This document shows, one piece after another, positions 1-12,330 of a stretch of DNA of 64,000 nt (within the stretch, counting starts at the first letter, position 1; the number at the start of each line of letters is the position of its first letter). This DNA is from Octopus vulgaris. Taxonomy: Eukaryota. The position numbers were made by a program, and so were the translations under genes. Under the pieces are notes generated by a model. The model saw only the letters and a list, made by a program, of their open reading frames with translations. It was not told the DNA's origin and made no database searches. The stretch lies in contig OX597833.1 in assembly GCA_951406725.2 (NCBI GenBank), positions 53,568,001-53,632,000 of the forward strand. The letters run 5' to 3'.

Positions 1-25
1 TATAGAGATTGTCAGGGAAAAAATT

Positions 26-66
<41 letters not shown>

Positions 67-621
67 GGCATGTAAAATGAAAGTGAGTGGAAGGATGAGG
101 TGTTTATCACACTGCCCTGACTGGTAAACTGGGAAAGAAGGGATCTGTGGGGAATGACAATGAGAGCGAGTTGGAACAAGAGGTTAGCTTTATGTTGCTT
201 TAAGCAAATCTCTGTATACTAATAAGTAAAATGGAGAATTAAATATGAAACAGAAATGGTAGAATTATAAAATGTACTCAGCTTCTGTTTATAAGCCGCT
301 ACATGCTGCAGTTTTTGTATATGTGTTACTACGAAAACATATTCATTTAATGCAATAAAAAATTTTTAAAAAATAAATTCCATAATAGAAAATATCACAA
401 AAGCGTTTCAGCTATAAACATTCAGTGAAGCAAAATTTTACTTTCATTTCAATAAACACGATAATAAAAAAATATTCCTATATAAAATATAAAACAAAAA
501 CAAAAGAGGAAAGACTTTTATATAATTGGTAAATGTTTTACATGACTTTAACATTATATTAAATTATATATATTGCATAAATATACATATATGCATATAT
601 TTATATATATATATATATATA

Positions 622-1014
622 CTAGCAGTATCGCCCGGCGTTGCTTGGGTTTGTAAGGGAATTAACTATATAAGCATTTTTAGAGAGTTATAGCCAAAAA
701 ATAGCAAAAAAATGCATTAAAAATGGAAAAAAATGATGGTAAATTTTTTTTTAAATCGTTGACTCATCGTAGACATTTTTAGAGAGTTACTTCCCTTCTA
801 TAATAGCGAAAAAAATGCATTAAAATGGAAAAAAATGATGGTAAATTTTTTTTTAAATCGTAGACTCATCGTAGATGCGCGCTAATACCCAGAAGGGCTC
901 GATATGAATCACGACTATGAGATACCCTGGTTAAACTGCACTGCAAAATGTGGGAGTAGTTAGGAATCTAAATCGTAGGAGACAGACACACAACTTCACT
1001 TTTATATATAAAGA
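622..1014 (-). mobile_element. Non-autonomous Helitron (family 1)
   Basis: Minus strand begins TC-TTTATATATAAAAG and ends in hairpin CCCAAGCAACGCCGGG followed by CTAG; sits between A and T inside (TA)n; internal tandem duplication of roughly 100 bp. Confidence 0.8.
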
Positions 1015-1019
1015 TATAC

Positions 1020-1087
<68 letters not shown>

Positions 1088-1270
1088 TCCCAAAAAGATG
1101 ATGAACAAGCACAAAAAAAAAAAATGCGAGATCTGGTACATGTAAAGTATTAGCAGACACTCAGGAAAGGAAAGAAAGATGGTTTAACGTTTCGAGCAAT
1201 GCTTTTCTTCAAAGTCCAATAGAAAGAAAGACAGAGGAAGAAAAGAAATATATATATATATATATATATT

Positions 1271-1678
1271 AGGCGCAGGAGTGGCTGTGTGGTAAGTAGC
1301 TTGCTTACCAGCCACATGGTTCCGGGTTCAGTCCCACTGCGTGGCACCTTGGGCAAGTGTCTTCTACTGTAGCCTCGGGCCGACCAAAGCCTTGTGAGTG
1401 GATTTGGTAGATGGAAACTGAAAGAAGCACGTTGTATATATATATATATATATGTGTATGTGCATGTTTGTGTGTCTGTGTTTGTCCCCCCAACATTGCT
1501 TGACAACCGATGCTGGTGTGTTTACGTCCCCGTAACTTAGCGGTTAGGCAAAAAGAGACCGATAGAATAAGTACTGGGCTTACAACGAATAAATCCTGGG
1601 GTCGATTTGTTCGACTAAAGGCGGTGCTCCAGCATGGCCACAGTCAAATGACTGAAACAAGTAAAAGAGCAAAAGAGA
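1271..1678 (+). mobile_element. tRNA-headed CORE-like SINE, family A, full length
   Basis: Pol III A/B-box-like head (TGGCTGTGTGG...GGTTCAGTCCC), CORE-like CACCTTGGGCAAGTG, internal (TA/TG)n, AAAAGAG tail; more than 20 homologous copies in window. Confidence 0.9.
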
Positions 1679-1770
1679 CCGAGTTATTTACTAGAGTTCC
1701 AATAGATACCAAATACACATTTTAACATCATTTTTGTCTTCTCCATTTCTGTGTTCACATTTCACTTAAT

Positions 1771-1866
1771 TAATTAATTTTGCTATGGTTTGTAAATAAC
1801 TATGGAGGTCTGTTTGTAATTAATTTTGCTATGGTTTGTAAATAATTATGGAGTCTGTTTGTAATT
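1771..1866. repeat. 46-bp tandem duplication
   Basis: TAATTAATTTTGCTATGGTTTGTAAATAA.TATGG..TCTGTTTG occurs twice head-to-tail. Confidence 0.8.
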
Positions 1867-2070
1867 TCAAAAATATACTATCATTATTTTTAATTAAAAT
1901 TTCACAACAGTGACTAAACTGTTCAGTGGACCAGTTGAAAAAAAAAAATGTAAGTAAAAGCTAAAGTTTCTGTGCTTATATACAATGGTGTGATATTACT
2001 TACAGTAGGTAGCATGTAGTATTACATTTACAAACTGTTGACCTCAGACTGAATTATAATATTTTAGTCT

Positions 2071-2847
2071 ACAGAGTGTAAGTACCTTGAGAGAAAAGTT
2101 GGACCTAAGAAGCATCAGATGTGGTGTGCAAGAGAGACGTTTGTGCTGGTATGGTCATGTAGCGAGAATGGATGAAGATAGTTGTGTGAAAAAGTGCCAC
2201 ACCCTAGCGGTTGGGGGAACCTGTGGAAGAGGTAGACCCAGGAAAACCTGGGACGAGGTGGTGAAGCACGACCTTCGAACATTAGGTCTCATCGTGGAAA
2301 TGACCAGAGACTGAGACCTTTGGAAGTATGCTGTGCGTGGGAAGACCCAACAGGACAAGTGAGACCATAACCTGTGGCCTCTACCTGGGACGTAGCCAGC
2401 CCACTTATGCATACCTTTCCTTCTTGTGACACAAACCCTACTTGTGAAGACCTGTTGAGGCAAGTGAAAATGAAAATGAAAATCAAAATCAAAATCGATC
2501 AACATCAATGGATATTGTAGCTGTGATACCAGTGCCGATGGCACGTAAGAGAACCATCCAAACGTAGCCGTTGCCAGCGCCACCCCGACTGGCCTCTGTG
2601 CCGGTGGCACGTAAAAAGCACCATCCAATCGTGGCCATTTGCCAGCCTCATCTGGCACCTGTGCAGGTGACACGTAAAAAGCACCCACTACACTCATGGA
2701 GTGGTTGGCATTAGGAAGGGCATCCAGCCGTAGAAACACTGTCAGATCAGACTGGACCTGGCGCAGCCTTCTGGCTTCCCAGACCCCAGTTGAACCGTCC
2801 AACCCATGCTAGTATGGAAAACGGACGTTAAACAATGATGATGATGA
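2071..2847 (+). mobile_element. RTE-clade LINE 3' end (family 1)
   Basis: ORF remnant RRLCWYGHVARM...RGRPRKTWDEVVKHDL typical of the RTE ORF C-terminus; 3' UTR with AGGAAGGGCATCCAGC motif and (GAT)n tail. Confidence 0.9.
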
Positions 2848-3130
2848 GTGTGGCGAGCTGGCGGAATTGTTAGCAAGTCGGGCAAAATCCTTGTGGTATT
2901 TCATCTGCTGGAAATCTCTAACTGGATCTCTGAACAGTCGGCAACCCTTAGGTGATGGCCAAAGAACTTGTGAGTAACTGTGCTGTCCGTGTCCTACAGT
3001 GGTGACAAAGCAGGTCTATTTAGACACAGCACTGCTTTCCCCAGCAGGAGGAGGAGCAAGAAAAGGGGCCTCCAAACATTGCTTAGTCACCTTAACCTGG
3101 AAGTCCACTGCAGCAGAATTGTGGATACCC

Positions 3131-3544
3131 TCTTTCTCTTTTCTCTCTTTTACTTATTTCAGTCATTTGACTGCGGCCATGCTGGAGCACCGCCTTTTTA
3201 GTCGAGCAAATCGACCCCAGGTCTTATTCTTTGTAAGCCTAGTACTTATTCTATCGGTCTCTTTTTGCCGAACCACTAAGTAACGGGGACGTAAACATAC
3301 CAGCATCGGTTGTCAAGCGATGTTGGGGGGACAAACACACACATATATATACACATATATATATATATATATATATATATGACAGGCTTCTTTCAGTTTC
3401 CGTCTATCAAATCCACTTACAAGGCTTTGGTCGGGCCGAGGCTATAGTAGAAGACACTTTCCCAAGGTGCCATGCAGTGGGACTGAACCCGGAATCGTGT
3501 GGTTGGTAAGCAGGCTACTTACCACACAGCCACTCCTGCGCCTA
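3131..3544 (-). mobile_element. SINE family A, full length
   Basis: Reverse complement of 1271-1678. Confidence 0.9.
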
Positions 3545-3689
3545 TAGACATCTTCCACAAAGACTGTTTGAGAACAATCTGTGATTATTCACTAAAAGAG
3601 AGAGTATCTAATATTGACTTGCTTGGCAAGTGTACTTTTCTATGTTTCTATGTTTGCAATGGTTCATGTGAGAGACTATGCTGAAGTAA

Positions 3690-3925
3690 GGTGGCGAGCT
3701 GGCAGACACGTTAGCGCACCGGGCGAAATGCTTAGCGGTATTTCGTCTGTCGTTACGTTCTGAGTTCAAATTCCGCTGAGGTCAACTTTGCCTTTCATCC
3801 TTTCAGGGTCGATAAATTAAGTACCAGTTACGCACTGGAGGGCGATATAATCGACTCAATCCCTTCGTCTGTCCTTGTTTGTCCCCTCTGTGTTTAGCCC
3901 CTGGTGGGTAGTAAAGACATAGGTA
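3690..3925 (+). mobile_element. SINE family B monomer
   Basis: GGCGAGCTGGCAGA head, GAGTTCAAATTCC B-box, CCTTTCATCCTTTC.GGGTCGATAAA central domain; many copies in window. Confidence 0.85.
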
Positions 3926-4454
3926 TTTGATATTCTTTATTATAGTCCGTAGCAAAGTATCATTGTGCTGATAACTATTCTAGTATCTGATGATGTTAAT
4001 ACTGATCAATAATTTCTATTACAACTTCGTCTGTCCTTGTTTGTCCCCTCTATGTTTAGCCCCTTCTGGGCAGTAAAGAAATATATGCTGAAGCAGAGAT
4101 TTCTACAGCTGGATGCCTTTCCTGTTGCCAACTCTCGCCTGTTTCCAAGTAAGATTTGTTGAACAACAAATAGCCTGGACTTGGTTACATGGAGAATGAG
4201 AATCGTTTTATTCGTTGCATGAGCATTTCGTTTTAACAAAAATTATGCTACATGCACCACGACCACCAGTAACCCCCATCACTAGTGCCACCAGCACCAT
4301 CAACAACAAATGAAATCTACCCCATTGTAAATCCTGTTAATGACTCTTACCCACCTTACCTTATCCTCTTCTACCTTATGATAGGAAGCCTTGTTATGGA
4401 TGGTGGTGGGGGATATCAAGTCAGAATAAACACATATGACTGACCAGCAATTCC

Positions 4455-4845
4455 AGAGAGGGGAAAAGAGAAAGAGCACAAAGAGGAGGGGGAAAGTGAG
4501 GAGGTGGTGGAGGAGAGAAAGGGGGGTGCAGAGAAGGGGAAAATTGGAGGAGGAGGAGGGGAAGAAAAATGAGATTGGAAGGATGAGGAGAAGGAGAGTG
4601 GGAAGAGGGAAGGAGTGGAGTGGAGAAAAAGGAGGAGGTGGAGAGGAGGAGAAATGGGATTGAGGGGAGGAGATGGAGAGCAGGAGTGGGAAGTGTGGGC
4701 TGCGGGAAGAAGAGAAGGGGAGAAGATGGGGGACAAGGGGTGGGTGGGGAGGAGGATGTGAAGGGGAGGATGGGGGAGAATGAGGGAGAAGAAGGAAGGA
4801 GAGTGAAGGGAGGAAGAGGTTAAGAGGAAGGGTAGAAGAAGAAGA
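4455..4845 (+). repeat. Purine-rich (GGA/GAG) low-complexity tract
   Basis: Almost exclusively G/A on the plus strand for about 400 bp. Confidence 0.85.
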
Positions 4846-5192
4846 TGATGATGATTGATTCTGAAAAATCCAGGGCTTTACCATGTTACTGAATCCTTTG
4901 CACAAGTTACCTGTTGTCAGAAATAACAAAATATTGTTCTCTAGTGTTTTTAGATTGTTCATTTGCAAGTTTGTTTAGGTCCTGCTTATCAGGATCAGAA
5001 TAATTAAAAGATGCCAAAAAAAAAAAAATGAAGAAAAAAAAGAACAGAAAATGAAAAAGAAAGAAAGAAATGACAATAATGAAAAATATAAAACCCCACC
5101 AATAATGTATAGGAATAAGGGCAGTCCAAGAAGTTTGTTGTAGACATGATGATGTACATGTGAAGGGAGGGGGGCAAAAAAAGGGTGTTTAA

Positions 5193-5412
5193 CCCTTTAG
5201 TGTTTAAACCGGCTGTATCCGGCCCAAATATTCTACACATTTTATGCTCAAACTGGCCAGAACATGCATCTCACACCTACCCTGCAATGTCACTCCAAAA
5301 ATAAGCAATTACATCTTTCCTATCTTGAAGGTACAAAATAATATCAGATAAATTTTTTTTAATGTGAATAAATAAGGATTACTTTTGACAAATTAATCTG
5401 AACGCTAAAGGG
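5193..5412. mobile_element. piggyBac-like MITE (family 1, older copy)
   Basis: TTAA|CCCTTTAG ... CTAAAGGG|TTAA termini; homologous to copies at 16721, 35657 and 49626. Confidence 0.85.
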
Positions 5413-5689
5413 TTAACATTTTAATCCAACAGGATTAAGTATAAATGTGAATGAATAAAAAAAAGATGGATTTTTTTTTTTATCAAACTACAGGACACAA
5501 TCAGTTTAATGACACCCTGAGAAAAACAAACTGTAACATCTGGTAAAATGAATGTAAAGTGGGGGGGGAAAAAAAAAACCTTGCTTTTTGTTCTAGTGTT
5601 GTTGTTGCTGTTGTTGTCAGATACTAGAGTTTGTGGGTCTGAATAAAGAGAATTGTGTGTGTGTATACATATATATATATCATCGTTCA

Positions 5690-5950
5690 TCATCATCATC
5701 GTTTAGCGTCCGTTTTCCATGCTAGCATGGGTTGGACGGTTCTACTGGGGTCTGGGAAGCCAGAAGGCTGCGCCAGGCCCAGTCAAATCTGGCAGTGTTT
5801 CTACGGCTGGATGCCCTTCCTAACGCCAACCACTCCGTGAGTGTAGTGGGTGCTTTTTACGTGCCACTCGCACTGGTGCCAGACAGAGCTGGCAAACGGC
5901 CACGAACGGATGGTGCTTTTTATGTGCCACCGGCACAAGGGCCAGGCGAG
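5690..5950 (-). mobile_element. RTE family 1 3' tail fragment
   Basis: (CAT)n plus reverse complement of the 2071-2847 3' UTR. Confidence 0.85.
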
Positions 5951-5951
5951 G

Positions 5952-6040
<89 letters not shown>

Positions 6041-6041
<1 letters not shown>

Positions 6042-6350
6042 TGGAGGTGCAATGGCCCAGTGGTTAGGGCAGCGGACTTGCGGTCGTAGGATCGCGGTTT
6101 CGATTCCCAAACTGGGTGTTGTGTGTGTTTATTGAGCGAAAACACCTAAAGCTCCACGAGGCTCCGGCAGGGGTTGGTGGTGGTTCCTGCCGTACTCTTT
6201 TGCCACAACTTTCTCTCACTCTTTCTTCTGTTGGCCTGCCCGCTTAGCCAGCGGGGTGGCGTCATTTGAAGGCTAAAACAATGCAAAGCGCATTGTGACC
6301 AACGATGTGTAGCAACATCTGATAGTCTGGTTGGTCATGGTGATCACTGT
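6041..6350 (+). mobile_element. tRNA-headed SINE family C
   Basis: TGGCCCAGTGG A-box and GTTTCGATTCCC B-box; first ~190 bp shared with 52014-52402. Confidence 0.8.
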
Positions 6351-6361
6351 GATATAGATAG

Positions 6362-6615
6362 ATATGAGGTGATCAAACATGATCTTCGGACATTGGGCCT
6401 CACAGACGCTATGACGAAAGACCGAGATCTCTGGAGATATGCTGTGACTGCAAAGATCCGACAAATGAAGTGAGTTCATAGCTCGCAGGACAGCCTGCTG
6501 TGCTAACCTTGGATTGTAGGGCAACCTGCTGTGCTTGCAGAGACCTATTGAGTCAAGTACATCAACATCAAAATAAAAATGAAATGGAAACTGTAGTTGT
6601 GATACCTGTGCTGCC
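6362..6615 (+). mobile_element. Decayed RTE family 1 fragment
   Basis: Similar to 2250-2540 (end of ORF and start of 3' UTR). Confidence 0.6.
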
Positions 6616-6689
6616 ATCAAGTAAATGGATGTATTTGATGTGCAGAAAAAGATGAGGGAGGAACTTTATATGGTGAACTATTTATAAGC

Positions 6690-7030
6690 ATCTGTCGGTC
6701 CATCTCAAAAGACCATGGATCTGTACCAAGAGAATTTGTGTCACCTGCTGATGGTGGTGCAGCATCTGCTGTGGCTGTGCAGGCCCACATGGGAGTGGCA
6801 GTCTTGCATGCATTGACTGCATTTGAAGAAGCCCTCCACCAGCGATACTGACTTTTCCTTTCTTAGAGAGCACTTTTCTTCAGTAGCAAGTTCCAGTCTC
6901 TCTTCCCCTTGCACAGTATTTGTCTCCAACACGGGCAATCATTTGTAGCCTCCTCCCGTCTCAGGATGTCCAGATTTATTGACTTCATATCTCTCTTGCA
7001 GACATCCGTAAAATGAAGATGGAATTGTCC
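6690..7030 (-). mobile_element. BovB-type RTE LINE 3' fragment
   Basis: Translations DVCKRDMK... and FKCSQCMQDCHSHVGLHSH (terminal C2H2 finger typical of RTE ORFs), frameshifted. Confidence 0.7.
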
Positions 7031-7292
7031 TATAAGTGCACAAGAAATGTACTGGAATCACCAAGAGGCTGTTGATTGATAGAGACTTTGTATGTGGTAA
7101 AAGCACAGATATAGTCAGCAGTCAGATTGCTTCTAAAATAACTTTCCAATGCTTGAAACACTTTGCAGAAGTAGTTGATGGCTTCTGTTACCCGGGTGAC
7201 CTTATCAGCACCAGAGGAAGGTGCTCAGAAAGTATGGTAGCTCTGATAAGGACAGGACGAAAAATGTTCAGAGAGCTATAATCTATAATGAA

Positions 7293-7695
7293 GACGGCAA
7301 GCTGGCAGAATCGTTAGCGTCCGGGCGAAATGCTTAGCGGTATTTCGTCTGTCGTTACGTTCTGAGTTCAAATTCCGCCGAGGTCGACTTTGCCTTTCAT
7401 CCTTTCGGGATCGATAAATAAAGTACCAGTTTCACACTGGGGTCGATGTAATCAACTTAATCCCTTTGTCTGTCCTTGTTTGTCCTCTTTGTGGGTAATA
7501 AAGAAATAGGTATTTCGTCTGTCGTTACGGTCTGAATTCAAATTCCGCTGAGGTCGACTTTGCCTTTCATCCTTTCGGGGTTGATAAATAAAGTACCAGT
7601 TTCGCACTGAGGACGACGTAATCAACTTAATCCCTTTGTCTGTCCTTGTTTGTCCCCTCTTTGTTTAGCCCCTTGTGGGTAGTAAAGAAAAGAAA
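7293..7695 (+). mobile_element. SINE family B dimer
   Basis: Two tandem B units; short flanking repeat TATAATCT. Confidence 0.85.
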
Positions 7696-7978
7696 TATAT
7701 AATCTTTTGCTAACAACGGGGTTCTCTCTCCATGTGAGGTTATATTTTTGTTGCATGTGTATGAAGTGCAATGTTGCATGGTAGTGAGATGCGAGCACTG
7801 AATGCAAAGGATGTGCAAAGGTTAGAGAGAAATGAAGTAAGCATGCTTTACAGGACATATAATGTTAGTCTGCATGAACAGTGTGGTACAGATGAGCTGA
7901 GAGATAGACTAGGTGTAAGAAGAATCATCTGCAGTGTGTAAGAATGAAGATTATGTTGGTGCAGACTTTTGATGTATA

Positions 7979-8494
7979 TCGTAAATCCTCGAGTATAGTC
8001 CGCCCTTGTGTATAATACGCAGGGGATTTTTAGGGGGCTTTACCTCTGAAAAACCTAAACCTTGTGTATAATACGCACCCCTTCTCTCACTTGAGTTGTG
8101 TGTAATTAAGCCAGCAGCACCTAGTTGAACAAACACTTCCGCGCATGCGTAATACAATAATGGTGATGTTCTTAACTGTTATATGGGAATGTAAATATGT
8201 TTGCAAATTGTTTTTGTTACATGTTATTCTGTGTTCTGAATACTTTTATTTCAATAAATGTTGCTTACTGCAAGTTATGGATGATTCTTTTATGACTTCA
8301 TTGCTTAGCTTAAGGTATTTTCATGCCTGACATCACATAATACGTCTGGATAAACATTGCCGGACAGCAAATAGAGACTTGGACATTGCTTAGGAAATAT
8401 TTTTTCATTTTTAACCTCGTATATAGTATGCACTTGGGATTTTGACCTTTAAATTTTGGGGAAAACATGCGGATTATACTCAAGGATTATATGG
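7979..8494. mobile_element. Tc1/pogo-like MITE
   Basis: TA-flanked ~25-bp TIRs (CGTAAATCCTCGAGTATAGTCCGC / GCGGATTATACTCAAGGATTATATGG); orphan right TIR of the same family at 13206-13232. Confidence 0.8.
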
Positions 8495-8819
8495 TATGGA
8501 GGACAACAGATGGTTAAAGAAGAGCCAGGACAGTTGAGTGGAAGGAATCTGCAGAAGAGGAAGACCAAGGAAGACATGGGTAGGAGTGGCAAAAGTTGAT
8601 CTTAGAATGTTAAAACTCATGCAAAAGAAGACAAAAATGTTGCAATAAATGGTGAAATGCTGTGTTGGAAAAGAGCTGTCCAACCCATGCAAGCAATGAC
8701 AAATGGTCATAAAAATGACACTGATGATGATGATGATATATATGAGAGTGCAGAAAAATATAGAAATCATCATCATCATCATCTTCATCACCATTGTCGT
8801 TGTCATCATTTCAATGTCC

Positions 8820-9025
8820 ATCATCATCATCATTGTTCGACCATGGTCGAGACAATGGAATTTACCTTGCTACACCAGACTTCACGGTCCATCATAGCAT
8901 TACGGAGGTCCTGTTGCTGGATGCCTGTATCCCTGGAGATTACATCAGGGTAGGAGAGTGTGGGCCCTCTGGTATTGCGAATAGATGGCTTCCAGAGGAG
9001 AAGAGTAGAAATTGCCTTGTTTTCA
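8820..9025 (-). mobile_element. RTE-like LINE 3' end (family 2)
   Basis: ISTLLLWKPS...YPDVISRDTG...AMMDREVW; near-identical to 45290-45693; (TGA)n tail. Confidence 0.8.
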
Positions 9026-9370
9026 ATGTCCACTTGACTATGCTCTTGCATGGAATCACAGAGAATTCTTTGAGGCAGAATTTGTATGGCCAGGAACCCT
9101 TTCTATTGCTAAACTGCAACAACCCTTTTTTTTTAGTAATGTAATATTTCCTCTTCGTCAGACATTTTCACTGAAGACTGGAAATGAATGATGTAGCTTG
9201 TACAACTGTGATGCTCACTAACAGCTATCAAATAACAACAACATCGTCATCGTTGTTGTCATCATCATCATCATCATCAGGTTGGTTGAGTCATCATAGA
9301 TTGAGTCAGATCTAATTTGGAGCTGGCCTCACTTGTACACTATCTCATTCATATGCTATATATATATATA

Positions 9371-9595
9371 TCATCATCATCGTTTAACGTCTGCTTTCCA
9401 TGCTGGCATGGGTTGGACGATTTGACTGAGGACTGGCAAACCAGATGGCTGCACCAGGCTCCAATCTTGATCCGGCAGAGTTTCTTCAGCTGGACGCCCT
9501 TCCTAATGCCAACTACTCCGAGAGTGTAGTGGGTGCTTTTACATGCCACTGGCATGGGGGCCAGTCAGGCGGTACTGGCAACAACCTCACTCGAA
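9371..9595 (-). mobile_element. RTE family 1 3' tail fragment
   Basis: (CAT)n-CGTTTAACGTC... GCCCTTCCTAA motif. Confidence 0.8.
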
Positions 9596-10718
9596 TGTAT
9601 ATGTGTGTGTGTGTATATATATATATATGATTTAGGTATATTTCTCCATTTTCTCATTTTGTATATATATATATATATATAGGGAGAATTCATAAAAACA
9701 CAAAAGAAGAAGACAGGTGGTGTAGACAACAAACAGATGTATTAGTTTAAGGCTTGGGAAGTGAAAAAGTCTAATGTTTTGAGCTTACGCTCTTCCACAG
9801 AAAGGAACACAGAAAGAAACAAGGAAAGAAAATAAAGAGAGAATATAAAGAATGTGTAGTAGCTAGCGATATATATATATATACGTATATATATATATAT
9901 TTTTTCAGGATTATATAAAAAGACAACAAACGGAAAATATCATGTACCTATATATATATAATTTTAAAAAAATTTTAGTAAACAAACAAACAATCATATA
10001 CTAAATATACAGGCAAACAGGAAGGTCACCAATTCTTCATCATTTACCGGTGGCCAGAGGGCCAAATGCAATTTTAGCCATTATTGATAATATTGCTTCC
10101 ACTCTGGAGGCTCTGGCAAGAAACTTGGGTGGGAGTAGGACATGTGTGTGCATGTCCTTGTGTTTATGTTTGTGCCCCCCCCCCCACGGCCACTGTCTGA
10201 CACCTGGCTTTCATTAGTTTCTGTCTCCATAACTTAGCAGTTCGGCAAAAGAGACCGTTATAATAAGTATCAGACTCAAAAAGTAAGTACTGGAGCGGGT
10301 TGTGGTGGGGTGGAGTGGGGGGGGGATCTGTTCAACTAAAACCCTTCCAGGTGGTGCTCCAGCATGGCCTTAGCTGAATGGCTGAAACATGTAGAAGGTA
10401 AAAGACAACAGAAGTACCAGGATGTCTGGGAGAGAGGGGAATGAAAGAACGACAGTTGAAGGAGAGTGAATTGGGATGGGTTGGGGTTAGGGTTAGGGTT
10501 AGAGGGAGTGAGAGAGGGATGGACAGAAATAAAGAGGTGGGTAATGGTAAGAGTAGATGATGGACGGACATATTAAATAGACTAGAAGAGATGTAAGGGG
10601 ATAGCAAAAAATAAAAAAAAAAAGGTCAAAGGCTTTTCCTGAGACATAGGCTCACAATAAGACCAGTTTCCTGGAAATCTGTGGCATATACAAGGTGGTA
10701 TTAAAAAGTTCCCAGACT

Positions 10719-11131
10719 CTCTTTTTTTTACTCTTTTTTACTTGTTTCTGTCATTTGACTGCGGCCATGCTGGAGCACCGCCTTTAATCGAGCAACTCGA
10801 CCCCGGGACTTATTCTTTTTGTAAGCCCAGTACTTATTCTATCAGTCCCTTTTGCCGAACCACTAGGTGACGGGGACATAAACACACCAGCATCGATTGT
10901 CAAGCAATGCTAGGGGGACAAACACAGATACACAAACACACACACGCATATATATATACATATATACGACAGGCTTCTTTCAGTTTCTGTCTACCAAATC
11001 CACTCACAAGGCACTGGTCGGCCCGAGGCTATAGCAGAAGACATTTGCCCAAGGTGCCACGCAGTGGGACTGAACCTGGAACCATGTGGTTGGTAAGCAA
11101 GCTACTTACCACACAGCCACTCCTGTGCCTA
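10719..11131 (-). mobile_element. SINE family A inserted next to the mariner TIR
   Basis: Full-length reverse copy. Confidence 0.9.
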
Positions 11132-11932
11132 GTCATGTTTGATAAAAAATAACTTATTCACCAATGTTTTAACATCATCTCCTTCAAAATAGTCGAGTTG
11201 TGCAACAGTACACCAGTCCTAGCGTTGCTGCCACTTTTGGAATCCGGCCTGGAAGTCGTTTTCTGTAAGTGGGTCAAGGACGTTCTGTGATTCACTCTGG
11301 ATCTCAGCAATGGTGTTAAAACAGTGACCTTTGAGCTGCATTTTCATCTTGGGGAAGAGATGGAAGTCTGCAGGTGTTAAATCTGGTGAATAGAGCAGGT
11401 GCAGAAGTGATACCGTGTTGTTTTTGGCAAGAAAATTGAGTGAGGAGAGCTCAGTGAAGAATCCACTTCTTTGCATTCTACAGATCCAGTCGCTTTCGCT
11501 AAATGTCATCAGAGGCTTCAAAATATCACAGTAGAACTCTTGGTTGACAGTCTGGTCATCTTTTTGATTGAGCTGCAGTTCTCTCATGTCTTCTGAAGCA
11601 CCCGTGCCACTCGAAACATTGCATACAACCCATTGCCTCCTTGCCATAAGCCTGCCATAAATTGCCAAAGCATGCACAACGCAACCGACGCCCTGGAGCA
11701 GGAGTGAAGAACAGCTCTTTCGAGAGGTTACACTTTCCACTTATGATGCTGTGAGCAAGAATGAGATCACCACGGCGTCGTCGTTTTTCTAGAGAATAGA
11801 GGTCGAGCGTCTTCAGCTTGGCAGAAGGTGAACACTAAAGGGTTAAAGGTTAATTCTAGAAAACATTGTGTGCAGTGTTCGGACTATCAAATTTATTCAG
11901 GTAAACACATCCATATTCTGAATTTTACTTAA

Positions 11933-12330
11933 CCCCTAACCCAACAATTATTTTGAAAATAAATGCATTTTTTCAGACATATTTTTTATTGTTTTATTTT
12001 ACTATGTTTTGAATGGTGATTTCGAGGTAAATTTCAAACCTTATTTATTATTCATAAAATGTGCCTGCCAACCCTTCGACTGTCTCCAGGTGACTAAATC
12101 ATACTTGGTCTTCAATGCCTTACTCAAGCGAAAGGTGGCAGAAATCGTCACTGCCAGACGTATAAAGTGAGCGAATATACTCGTATATGTCAAAAAAGAG
12201 TTTATAATAGACAAAGGAACTCGTTTGCTGTCGATTTTGGCAAGTCTATCTTTTGACGAGTTAACTCGCCAGAGATAGAAAAAAACGATTTCGGTCAAAA
12301 CGCATATATTCGTTTCTGCCAGGTAAGGGG
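11933..12330. mobile_element. piggyBac-like MITE (family 3)
   Basis: TTAA|CCCCTAACC ... GGTAAGGGG|TTAA; the paralogous empty site at 18127-18130 has a single TTAA. Confidence 0.85.

Larger units (their letters stand above)
7036..8690 (+). mobile_element. Old RTE LINE remnant interrupted by a SINE B dimer and a MITE
   Basis: EVVDGFCYPGD...RTGRKMFREL at 7036-7281, decayed continuation at 7700-7976, and RGRPRKTW-like sequence resuming after 8497. Confidence 0.7.

Noticed and set aside
1150-1725. Recurrent ORFs such as RLWSARGYSRRHLPKVPRSGTEPGTMW seen throughout the window
   Set aside because: Translations of SINE A copies, not a gene family
4300-4968. 222-aa Pro/Ser/Leu-rich ORF
   Set aside because: Antisense reading of a purine-rich low-complexity tract
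10480-10503. Interstitial telomeric TTAGGG repeats (also ~54028)
   Set aside because: Only 2-3 units within low-complexity or MITE-like sequence
11219-11740. 173-aa ORF as a novel fusion gene
   Set aside because: Chance read-through from an off-frame CR1 fragment into a deleted mariner transposase
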